Assembly (NCBI GenBank): GCA_051294375.1
Contig: CM119264.1
Coordinates: forward strand, 1,997,349-2,040,956
DNA from: Paraspadella gotoi
Taxonomy: Eukaryota; Animalia; Chaetognatha
Length of the DNA stretch: 43,608 bases
Direction of reading: 5' to 3'
Positions 1 through 11,627 of this stretch are shown in pieces; within the stretch, counting starts at the first letter, position 1, and every line of letters starts with the position of its first letter. The position numbers and the translations under genes were made by a program. The notes below the pieces were generated by a model. That model saw only the letters and a list, made by a program, of their open reading frames with translations, made no database searches and had not been told where the DNA came from.

Positions 1-529
1 TTTCTGTGAAACTGGACGGAATCGGGTCACGGAATTTGGGTGAATCTTTTTCACGTGATCGTGAATTCGTTGGACGTTATCTGGCCCGCAATCGCGACTG
101 CATCGTTGCGTCGTGAAATAACGTGGAGTCGCGTGAGTGAGCAATCGCGTGAGACGTGAAATTTGGGTATGAGGAATTAATGGTGATACCGTGAGAGGAG
201 GGGGCTTGTGTGATGTTTGGAGAAGAGAAGACGGATAAATAAGCGAGGAGGAAATCAGAGAGTTCTTGTAAAAGGAGAAAAAGGATTTTATTTTATTTTA
301 TTTAATTTCAACAAGTTTTGCTCAACGTTATCACAAGATTTTTTTACGATTTATTGAGCATAACAAGAACAAATAATAATAGCTAGGTAAAGTATTTGCA
401 TCAAGGAAAAATACACAAAATACAATATCAAAATAATAATTACAAAAATAATGCGAATCACTTTTCTTGACATCCTCATTTACATTTTTCTCTCATCAAA
501 ACAAAATCGCAAGATTCTCGTCCACTTTT

Positions 530-894
530 CTTTCCCTCTCTCAACCCTGCTCTCCCCCTGCTCCCTTTCACCTACTCCCCTCTCCTCTTCTCCCTCCTCA
601 TCCTTTTTCCACCTCCTCTTCCTCCTCCTCCCTCTCCTTCACCGCCCCCTCCTTCCCCCCCCCATCTCCCGCAGCCAAACGACGTTCGACTCAAATGGAA
701 ATCTTTTTTTCGCGCCACAGATTCTGAAGTGCGCGCACCGCTAAAATGCGCGGTACGATGAAATGCGCGCGCAGGTTGAAATGCTTCGCACGCGCGTGGT
801 TTTCGTACCCGTGAAAAAATCTCGTCCGTTCGTGAAGAGGTTGTGAAGGGGAGGGGGTGTGAGATGGGGGAGAGAGAGAGAGAGAGGGGGGAGG

Positions 895-958
<64 letters not shown>

Positions 959-995
959 GATAGGAGGGAAGTGGGAAGAGAAGGAGAGAGAGAGA

Positions 996-1031
<36 letters not shown>

Positions 1032-1113
1032 AGGGTAGGAGGGTAGTGGGAGAAGAGATAAGAGTAAGAGAGAGAGAGGAGAGGAGAAAGAGAAGTAGAT
1101 GAGAGAAGGAGAT

Positions 1114-1144
<31 letters not shown>

Positions 1145-1210
1145 GAGTAGGAGAAAGAGGAAAGAGAGAGAGAGAGAGGCAAAGAGAGAGAGAAGAGAGA
1201 AGAGAGAGAG
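530..1210. repeat. CT-rich low-complexity tract followed by long imperfect (GA)n microsatellite
   Basis: Directly visible; accounts for the Ser/Leu- and Glu/Arg-rich spurious ORFs here. Confidence 0.95.
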
Positions 1211-1628
1211 GGGGCGGGATCCGGAGGCGGAGAGCGATGTTCGGGCGTAGGTGGGTCGGGTAAGAGGTTTTGAAGGTGCGGAGATGATGTTGTCATGGGA
1301 GGGTGAAGTGTGAGGTGACTTGTGAGAAATGACGGGGTATGGATTGATAAACAAAAATGGCAAGGGAGTGATTCTCTGAATTAAACATTAGAGCCTTTAA
1401 TTTAAAAAGTAAAATGAAATAAAAAAAAAATTTTTTGGCATAAATTTTAAAAAGTCATAAACCAATTAGCAATTACAAATTTCGATTGTTCTTTTTATAT
1501 AATTTTTCTTTTTTTGCTCATTTTTAGAAATCTTTCATCCTTCAGAGAATTTGGAGAGCCGCTCCTTTCTCGAAAATTGATGGCTCCACTTGAAAACCCG
1601 ACGCGCCTCTATAGACGGAAGAGGAGAC

Positions 1629-1655
1629 AGACGACGACGGAGACGACGACGACGA

Positions 1656-1687
<32 letters not shown>

Positions 1688-1861
1688 AAATCGAAACCTC
1701 GACCCTTCAAAATGTTTGACGGGAAAATTGATGTAAAACTGTTTGAATCTGGAGTTGATGTTTTGGTTTAAACGAGAATTTATAACGAAATGTCGGTTGT
1801 AGTTTTTAATTGGAAATAATGTGTGAACGACGACGACGACGACGAGAGATGATCGATGATA

Positions 1862-1906
<45 letters not shown>
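1629..1906. repeat. (GAC)n and (GAT)n trinucleotide microsatellites
   Basis: gacgacgac runs at ~1629-1687 and ~1827-1845; gatgatgat run at ~1862-1906. Confidence 0.95.
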
Positions 1907-1908
<2 letters not shown>

Positions 1909-2892
1909 GAATACTTAAAATTAGGGTAACAAATCAATTGTGTTCGACGGAAACTACTCAGACGGCGGCGGTCGCGACGGGACGACAACGAATCAATTTT
2001 TACGACTTTAAATTTGTCAAAAAAAGAAAGAAAGAAAGAAAAAGATGAATTGTTTAAACCTCATGACGATTAACCTCGACTCACGAAGTCGCGGCCTCCA
2101 GCCTTTAAATCTAATTTGCATAGACACGCGTTTTCGTCTCATGCCTCATTTGCAATATTCGTGTCTCGATTCCGATTTTTCGTGAAACAAAAGAGAAACG
2201 AGAGGAAATTTGAGAAGAAATAAAAGAAAAGATTTTTTTTTTTATCCGAGCGACGTGATGTTTCGGTTGAGTCTTTTGTCTTCCGCTCAGAACTTTTTAT
2301 GAAATTGGTACAACAGATACAATAATTATTCTTTCATTTAATTAAAAAGCTATTCTTGACTCTGATTTGAAACAGGCGATGGTGGGTTAAGGCCTCCATC
2401 ACTCTTACAAGATTGCAGGTCCCTGCAAACTTTAAATCAAAATTCTTACACTGAATAATTTATTCACTCCCAGTGTGTCTGGCTTCCTTCCTAATGAAGT
2501 GGTAAAACGTTTCAAAGTAGGTTTCAATTGTATAAAAGGATCTCTTCTTAAGTATATTGTATATATTGTATATTATTGTATATATTATATTGTACTCTGC
2601 ACTAGCATCAAAATAAAAGGAGGTGAATTTTATGAATGTTATCTATTAAGTTATTATCTTGTTTAGTTCAGGTTATTTTTAAATTATCAAATCTATTGCT
2701 TCAATTATATTTTTCCCCTTTATTTAAGTAACAGTTGAAGCTCTTACTCTTAATCCGACACAGACTCACACACTCTGTCTCACACAAAAAATTCATTAAT
2801 TCTTTAAATAATTCGTTCACTTCCTTTATCTCGCACGCACCCATTTCTATGCCATCTTCGCTTTAGCTATTCACGAAATAAAAAATTTTGAA

Positions 2893-2893
2893 A

Positions 2894-2958
<65 letters not shown>

Positions 2959-3043
2959 TCTTCTCAACCATCCCTGCTGCGAAAAAGAAAATAAATTACT
3001 GATGTCCTTTTGTTTTACGACTCTTTCCCGTCGCCCCCGGCTA

Positions 3044-3128
<85 letters not shown>
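2893..3128. repeat. (CT)n and (GA)n microsatellites
   Basis: Directly visible. Confidence 0.95.
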
Positions 3129-3131
<3 letters not shown>

Positions 3132-4104
3132 AAACTATCTGCTATCTCAAGGAAAATGGGCAAGAAGCCGCTTTAAGCAATTACCATTTTTGTTTATCAG
3201 TTTTCTTTTTTTTTGGTTTTTTTTATTGTTTTTGTTATTTAATGTTTATTTTTTATTTTTTTTATTTATTTTTTTTATCATTTTCTCGTGTTTGCCTCAA
3301 GTTGTTACACTATTTTATTTTCTTTCTTTCCTTCTCTTTCCTTTCCTTCTCTTTTCCTTCTTTCCTTTCCTCCTCTTTTCCTTTCTTCCTTTCCTCCTCT
3401 TTTTCCTCTTTTTCTTTCCTCCCTTTTCGCGTCCAATTTTTCCTTCCGTCTCTCGACGAGGGTGTCAAAAAAAAATGAATTTCCCTAAATCTGATCTTTT
3501 TATCACCTTCACTCATCTCATCTCATCTCATCTCATCAATTCCAACTCTTTTTCATCTTCTCAACTCAATTCTCAACCCTTTTTCATCTTCTCAACTTAA
3601 TCTTAACTCTTTTTCAAATTTTCCCCAAATATTTATTTTTAGTTTTTCAGTTCTACCTCACACTTTTTTAAACTCATTTTAAACAGAATGTACCTTGCAA
3701 CTAAATCTTATCTTGTCCCAAAATAACGATTTTTCTCCACTTTTAACGAGTTTCATCAAAAATGTCAGCCCTCCCTTTTTAACGAAGTTTCTCCCTTTTT
3801 AAAAAATCATCCGCTTCTCTCGCTGTAGTTAAGATGATCTTTAGAGATTCTATTACAGTGAAAACCCCTTATTTCTCTTCGCCTTTTGTTTATCAATCTA
3901 ATCCTCGATCGCGGATCGATAGTTTTTCGGTGGGGGAGTTAATTTGGGCGCCTCTGGCTGTAAAAAAAGACGAAAGCGATAAGGAGAAACAAAAGAGCAA
4001 TGCAGACGAAGAAAAAAGTTGGTTTTGAATATATGTAAACTTATTTAAGTAAAGAGAAAAAATTGAGATAGTTTTAACAGTTCGACAGTTAACCTAATTT
4101 AAAC

Positions 4105-4583
4105 TGAGGCGACTTACCACCGGTCTCTCTCTCTAAACCCTTTCCTCTCTCCTCTTTCTTCGAGCCGGTCTATTCCACACGGTCACTTTGCCCTAGCTTT
4201 GACAATGACCTTAGATTGACCGGACACAGTATAGGGCCGAGGCGACCGTAAGGTCAAGTTGGTCCGGGCGATGATAAAAGTTACTTATCTTAAGTCGGGA
4301 GACACCAATGTAGAAGACGAAAATAATAATAATAAAGTGAGGAGAAGGTGAAGAATTGTGACGCATGTAAGAGAAGTAGAAAAGAAGTGAGACTAGCTCT
4401 CTCCTGATCCACTTTTATCATGCCCGGACCAACTTGACCTTACGGTCGCTCGCCCTATTATGTGTCCGGTCAATCTAAGGTCATTGTCAAAGCTAGGGCA
4501 AAGTGACCGTGTGGATAGACCGCTCGGAGAAAGAGGAGAGAGGGAAGGTGTTAGAGAGAGAGACCGGTTGGTAAGTCGCCTCA
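4105..4583. repeat. ~175-bp inverted repeat with ~130-bp spacer
   Basis: 4105-4281 (gaggcgacttaccac...gatgataaaagt) is the reverse complement of 4411-4583 (acttttatcatgcccgg...gtaagtcgcctca); the arms differ mainly by single-base indels. Confidence 0.9.
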
Positions 4584-5025
4584 AAACAGAGATTAATTTA
4601 CGTCCATGCGAATACAATTTAAAAGTCAACTTAAGTTATGAACAATGAAGTAATGAAAGCAATGAAAAACTAACAGCTTTAATAAGATATAAATACAGGC
4701 AAAACTAAATACAATAAAACTAAAATAATTAGATAATAAAAAAGAACCAACTAAAACGAAGGCGACAGGTGATCCTCGTCTTCGTCATCTCCACAGGAAA
4801 CCTTGGGTTTTTTCTTTCATTTTTCCGACGAAAGAAGAAAGAAAATAAAAAGGAAAAAAAGAACCCAACGTCGCAAAAAAAAAAGAATGAAAGAAAACCC
4901 GACGTCCCAATAAAAAAAAGCTGCTCTTTTGTTGATTTGACGTGAGGATAAGAAAAAGATTTGGAAAAACGAAACTCGATTTCAATTTTGACATTTTCGA
5001 GAGAGAGGGGAAATTGAAAATTGGC

Positions 5026-5028
<3 letters not shown>

Positions 5029-5096
<68 letters not shown>

Positions 5097-5305
5097 CCTT
5101 TGTCCGAGAGCGTGCGGAGTCTGCCTATTTTTGTCCATTTTCTTCACTTTGTCCTGTTCTCCTGTTGGTCGTTCCACTCATTGCAAAATGATCATTTTCT
5201 GTTTTCTTGCTTTTTCGTCAAACTGACCAATTCAGTTTTTCTTTTTGTTTCCGTCTGTCGCTTAGATTTCAGTCATTGTTTCTCTTTTACTTCGCGTTTT
5301 CTTTG

Positions 5306-5346
<41 letters not shown>

Positions 5347-5445
5347 CTCAGGTAAATAAACAAACAAGCTGAGTCCCCGCCCACTGGAATGTTTTCTTTG
5401 GTGAAATACTACGCTTTACTATTCTTTCCTCTCTTTTTATTTCCA

Positions 5446-5497
<52 letters not shown>

Positions 5498-5510
5498 TTT
5501 TCTCTCTCCC
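5029..5510. repeat. Three (CT)n microsatellite tracts
   Basis: Tracts at ~5029-5094, ~5307-5344 and ~5445-5510. Confidence 0.95.
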
Positions 5511-6054
5511 GGTTTTTAAAAAATTTTACTTATGATCAATTAACGTAATAAAAATCTATATAATTCATTAATTTCAAAAAATATAATTGCTTTGTTTTCA
5601 ACCAAAAACAAATACCAAATAGAATAAATCCCAAATACCAAATACAATAAGAGAGCCAGGAAAAGCAAAAGCAAACATACAGATATAATACTGAGACATA
5701 ATTTCATAAAGCAGATGGCGATGCTGCAACCGGTAGTTTGAAGTGTATTTAAATTCATGAAATTGATATTCGTTTAAAATTTTTTTTTTACTGTGAACAA
5801 ATATAAAATTTGACAATTTACCTACAGTGATATCAATTTTTATCAATTTAATCAATTAACCAGGTTTCCGTTAAGATTAACTTTATCACTAATTAATCAG
5901 TACTAATCAGCATCTGCAAATATTATTTGAAAACTATCATTTTGGATGGCAATTAAAATTAATTAATTTTTGTTTATAGTTTTGCTAATATTTATAGAAT
6001 ACATGGACTCAACGTTTAAAAAATCGTTTTTCATTGTCCAAAAAAAAAAAGTTA

Positions 6055-6207
6055 TTAAATGTCCACAGAAGATCCACAACTGTCCGGATTGAGATAATCA
6101 TATGGGGTTCCACCCTTTTTTACGATATCCTTGTTTCTTTTGTCCACAATTTTCTTTAAACTGTCAAAGTCTTTCATCAACTCCTTGTGGGCCTTGGGTA
6201 CTAATTC
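6055..6207 (-). CDS. Terminal exon of a lipoxygenase-family gene (upstream exons not found)
   Basis: After a tttag acceptor the minus strand reads ELVPKAHKELMKDFDSLKKIVDKRNKDIVKKGGTPYDYLNPDSCGSSVDI*. This fits the lipoxygenase C-terminal pattern RN...PYxYLxP...SxxI, ending in the terminal Ile that ligates iron. Confidence 0.7.
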   Translation of the reverse strand, partial: ELVPKAHKELMKDFDSLKKIVDKRNKDIVKKGGTPYDYLNPDSCGSSVDI

Positions 6208-7424
6208 CTAAATTGGGTTATCAATAGAAAAGTTGTTTATAGTCCTTTTTTTTCAAATTTTAAACATAAAATTTGACATAATTGACAAATTCGTTTTTTC
6301 ATAAATCCTTCTAAGTTTGAACGGATCATCCCTCTGAATATAATTTTTGATTTAAATATACAGAATGTGCAAAAAAAAAAGAGGACACTCTTCAAACTTA
6401 AGTTGCGCTCGTTTTACGCACATATTATAAAAATTTATGAATGATAAATGTAGATTTTGAAATGGGAAATCCATATGTGTTAAGTTAAGTTAAAAGAAAA
6501 TCGATCCAAGCATTCAAGAGCTATAGCTCCCGAAAGACAAGTGGTCAAAAACATTCGTCATTTGAGTCACTACAAAAAAAACATTTTTTAAGATCTGCCA
6601 AAACCCGAAGATACTTTTTAGCCTTAATTTATGGGCATTTTATATTATGTTTTCTAAAAATTTGTGAATGGGGTAACATAAAAAAGAATCTAAAAGAATA
6701 GGACGAGACTCCCTTTCAATAGAAACCAATTATTGATGGCGATTATGATACCCAATAATTGATGCGATGAACAACCAAGATCGATGTGATGAATCCAAAA
6801 TGATGATCATGATAAATAATAATATTGTCGATCGGTAATAGCCCATGACATGATGTGATGATTATTCATGTCAATAAACTAAATATAACAAAGTAATGAT
6901 GAACAAAACGACAAGATGACGACTCCTGAAATTTTTACACTAAACAGGGTCGCGACCCGGTCGTCTTTTTTTTTTTTTTTTTTTTTTGGCGCTGCAAGGC
7001 CGCAAACCGGTGTAGATGGACTTTTTGATGGCCCAAACGGCAAACCTCTGACAAAAGATGAGGAGAGAGAGAGAGTTAGGAGAGAGAGACGAGAATCACG
7101 ATTTAGGTCCCACATTGAATATAAGAAAGTGGGGAGAAAGTTGGCCGTCGGGAAATAAAGGGGGGCGGAGGGAGGTGGAGAACTGGATATGTTGTGGGTT
7201 GTGAGCGGTGACTGAAAGGGTGATTATCATAAGTGATGATGATGCGAGGATGCGATGATTATAATAGGTCTTGGGGGTATGTCATTTAAGGCCCTGCAAA
7301 GGGTCGAGACGATTCTTTGCCAACCATTCACAAAAGGAGGACAGATGAATTTAAAAAACCGTTGGACAAAAAAGTAGAAGAACCTCAAAATCAATTTATT
7401 CTTGTTCAAAAATGTTCACCGTAT

Positions 7425-7850
7425 TTCTCTCTCTTCTCTCTCCTCTTCCTCTCATTACTCTCTCTCTTTCTTTCTTTTACTTTTCTTTCTCTTCCTCTCT
7501 CCTCCTCTCACGCTCTTTCCCTCTCCTCTCCCCTCTTCTACCTCCCCCCTCCTTTCCCCCCTCTTCCCCCTCCCCCCCCCTCCTTCCCAGCTCGTCCCTC
7601 TCTCCTCTCTTATCTTTCCCCGTCTCCGCTCTCTCTCTCTCTCTCTCTCTCTCATTCTCTCTCCTCTCCTTCTCTTTCTCTATTTTTCTTTTTCTCTCTC
7701 CTCTTTTTCTTTCCCCTCTCTCTTCTCTCTCCTCTCTCTCGCTCTCCTCTCTCTCTCTCTCTCTCTCTCCTTCATTCTTCTCTCTCTTTTTTTTTTTCCT
7801 CTCCCTATCCGTTCTCTCCTCCTCTTCATTTTCGTCCCCTCTTCTCCTTG
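7425..7850. repeat. CT-rich low-complexity/microsatellite tract abutting a gap
   Basis: Directly visible. Confidence 0.95.
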
Positions 7851-7950
7851 NNNNNNNNNNNNNNNNNNNNNNNNNNNNNNNNNNNNNNNNNNNNNNNNNN
7901 NNNNNNNNNNNNNNNNNNNNNNNNNNNNNNNNNNNNNNNNNNNNNNNNNN
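7851..7950. other. 100-N scaffold gap
   Basis: Run of exactly 100 N; continuity across it is not guaranteed. Confidence 1.
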
Positions 7951-8042
7951 TGGCGAACAAATTAAGAACTTTGTTCTGAAACATTTTATTTAGAGTCACA
8001 ACTGCTGTGAGAAAGAGAAGGGAGTTCTGATTTTTGTTTTAA

Positions 8043-8340
8043 AATAGGAACTAAACTCTGTGTTCTAAGTATTTCGGGCAATGAAATATGAATTTGTCAA
8101 TGCATTTTTCCTCGTCTGATGTTTTACCTGTTTTACCTGTAAATGTTTTTAAATAGCAACTAAACTCCGTATTCTTAGTTTTTCGGGCAATGGAATATTA
8201 AGTTGTCAATGCATTTCGCCTCTTATGACGTTTTATCTGTTTTACCTGCAAGTGTTTTCAAATAGGAACTAAACTCCGTATTCTAAGTATTTCGGGAAAT
8301 GTGTTTCGCCTAGAGTGATGTTTTACCTGTTTTACCTGCT
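8043..8340 (+). repeat. ~109-bp tandem repeat, about 3 copies
   Basis: Units begin aataggaactaaactc / aatagcaactaaactcc at ~8043, ~8152 and ~8261, each ending with ttttacctg motifs. Confidence 0.9.
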
Positions 8341-8572
8341 TTCTGAAAGGATTATTTCAATGAGATAATTTCCCTTTCTCTTTTGATTGGTAGGATCGAT
8401 CGCGCCACTTTGACGCCTTCTTCTAGAACTTTCCATCGTCTCATCTCTGATGCCATAAAAAGAGGTGACATTTTTTGATAGACTTCATCCAAACTCTTCT
8501 GTTCTCAACTTGCTCCAGGTTCCATTCTTCAATTCAGAATTTCAAAGCCTCTCATTGTTCTCAATCATTAAA

Positions 8573-11500
8573 ATGGTAAGCTTTATGAATTCGATTTGTT
8601 TCGTTTTCGTTTTGTTGTGCTTGATATTAGTAAAGAAATAACTCCAGATAGCTTCTTATTATATAATCAATTAATCATATCTCCTTTTTTCGAGCCCAGA
8701 TTCGGTTTCCGAGTAAACTACTGGGTCAAATTTGATAACAATTTATATACGTAAAGCGTTCCTATGGTCATCCAAATGGAACTATCGTATCGAGTTGATG
8801 TTTGATGTTCAATCCCTGAGCCGAGATATGGGGGGGAATGGCCCAATTTTTTTTGTTATTACGATTTTTTTTGCAGGATCAGTTGCATTTATGTCTTAAT
8901 AATGAAAAAAATCATTTTATTTGTCTTCACTGTGATTTAACAATGAACAAATGAACAATGAAACAAGCCTTCTAGTTTTTTCCATCAGTTTCAAAACTAA
9001 TAAACATTCAGTAAACTAAATGTTTAATTGTTTATGGTGGACTAAAATCCACCAACCATTCATCAGCGGCCATTGGTGCCGGAGGCAAGTCATTCGCCTC
9101 CCAACCCAAAGGTTCGGGGATCTAGCCCGGTGGCCGCCGAGCAGTTAAGAGGGACGGGGCGCTTTATCTGCCTGTAACACGGTGTCACAGCCTGAGGGAC
9201 TGCTTATATTGAACAGTTCTGTCACTAACACATAATAATAATCACTGTCTCTTCATGTTTATGAAAATTGAGATAAAATATTGTTTTTGTTTATAAGAAG
9301 TAGTCTATGCAGCTATTTTTGCTAAAAAAAAAATTGTCACGAAATTTTTGACATATTTCTCCCTAACTTATATCTCGGCGAAGAGGTTGAATTTTAAAAT
9401 TCACCTCGATAGTTCTATTTATAATGGTTAAAATGATTTTAACTAAATATATTTATTTTAACGGTTAATTTTGGTTAATTTTCAATCATGATTTTTTCAA
9501 AATTTTTAAAATAAGTTTCGTCCGTGTGTTTGAGTCCGCTGCTTCAGGAGCCGCAGCAAGGGGGCATCGATGGAAAAAAGTGCCACAAAACTATAGTTAA
9601 AACTTTTTTGTTCTTTTTTATTATAGGCTTCTGCTTCATGGCCCAATAATACAGGCAAGTACATTTTTTACTTAAAACTTTTTCTTTAAAGTTTTTTTAG
9701 CCGGATCTGCTTATCAGCAGATGATAATTCTTTCAATTTGTGATCAAAACTAATCATAGCAGATCGTACCATACCAAACCAGTGGCTAAGCCAATACATG
9801 TAAATCGCTTGCAAAGGATTAAACTGATCTGTTACTTTGGTAAAAACAAATAATTTTTTTTAACTATCATTATTTTTTCACTTGCATAATTTTTTTAACT
9901 TGCATAATTTTTTCAACTCGCATAATTTTTTCAACTCGCATAATTTTTTTAACTGGCATAATTTTTTCAGCTTGCATCATTTTTTTCCATTCGCATAATT
10001 TTTCATTTCGCATAATTTTTTCTAATTCCATCATTTTTTTAGCTTTCTTCAATTTTTCAAATTGCATCAATTTTTCACTTTAATTAATTAATTAAAACAT
10101 TTTAGTAAGCTTTAGTAAGGAAAATTCAAGTCAACTTGACTTTGGTTTTTTTTATACTAACTCATTTCCACTCCTCGATTCCATCGAAATGTCATATCCT
10201 GCTCAATCACGCACTTAACTACCCAGACACAAAATTTCATCTCAATCTATCCATCCAATTATGATTAATTGGAGTAATTATGGGTTAAAATTAGTAAAAA
10301 GAATTTATTATCATTATTATTATCATTATCATCATTCGATGTTCTTACATGATTTAAGTGAATGAGCGACAAAATTGAGGTGGCGGACCGACGGACCGAC
10401 AAAGTGGATTATAATTATTATAACAAAAATTATGTCCGTCTGTGTAGTCTGTGTAGGTCCGTTTGTCTGTCCGTCCGTACCCCCTAAGCAATGAACGCCA
10501 ATTACTTATGAGTGGATGAGGCGATTTACTTGAAATTTTGTGTGTGAGTAAAGAAGTGTGTGATTGAGCTGGAAATCAAGTTTCGATAGAATCCTCCAAG
10601 TGGAAAGGAGTTTAAATGGAAAATATAAAAAAGCTGTTTCACTATTTGATTATGCTTTTTATTTCTGTATTAAATGTAAATGCAAACTGTAATAATTAAT
10701 TAATTAATCAATTGATTCATAAATTAATTAACTTTTTAATTAATTAATTAATTATCTGATCAGCTGCTTACCGTTAATGATCGTGGGCAGATCCGTTTGC
10801 TTTATTTAAGGTTATGCATTCAAGTATGGTGGACTAAAATCCACCAATCGTTCATCAGCGGCCATTGGTGCCGGAGGAAAGTCATTCGCCTCCCAACCCA
10901 AAGGTCCGGGGTTCTAGCCCGGTGGTCGTCTTAGAATTTCCGAGGGACCGGGCACTGAACCCGCCTGTAACACGGTGTTACAGCCTGATCCGAAGCTCAG
11001 GGACTGCTTATCTTGAACAGTTCTGTCACTAACGCATAACAATAATTACTGGCTCTTCATTGGTGAGCCCGCCTTCAGAACACAACAGCAACAACAACAC
11101 TTTCAATCGACATGCCTCAACTTGGTGACGCACTTTCCACCAACAACAACAATTCACTGAAGAGACGCAACAGCCTTCTCACTAACACATAACAATAATT
11201 ACTCTCTCTTCACAAGATTTGTAATTCATCATCGACAATTCATGAATTTCAGATTGTGAAATGAAATTTGTTAATTTAAAAATTTTTAATTCAAAATTCA
11301 TAATTAACAATCGTCAGTTGACGATCGTCAATTCATGATCATCAATTTAGACGACTATGGCCGCGATCAAGACGACTACGGCCGACGATTCGAGCGACCT
11401 TTTCGTCCCCGTTGGGTCACTTGATACTAACGACGTTTCTCTCTCTTTCTGACTCGTGCTCTCCTCTTTATAAGTCGACACCATTCAACCTTTCAACCTT

Positions 11501-11576
11501 CATTGTTATGTATTTTTCTCACGTTTTACATTGTAATAAATGTATATTATCATAAACATTGTCTCCTTGATCAATG

Positions 11577-11627
<51 letters not shown>

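Noticed and set aside
451-7993. Many long ORFs rich in S/L, E/R, M, H or F
   Set aside because: They are translations of microsatellites and low-complexity tracts.
8043-8340. CRISPR-like array
   Set aside because: Whole units repeat with no unique spacers; eukaryotic context and no cas genes.
9033-9255. Calling the repeat a tRNA-derived SINE or a functional tRNA-Gly gene
   Set aside because: The tRNA-like part starts ~33 nt inside the repeat, there is no tail, TSDs are 4 bp, and longer copies have a PBS and PPT. The anticodon stem is unpaired.
9870-10070. Repetitive KIMxVE ORF
   Set aside because: It is an 18-bp minisatellite inside an intronic repeat.
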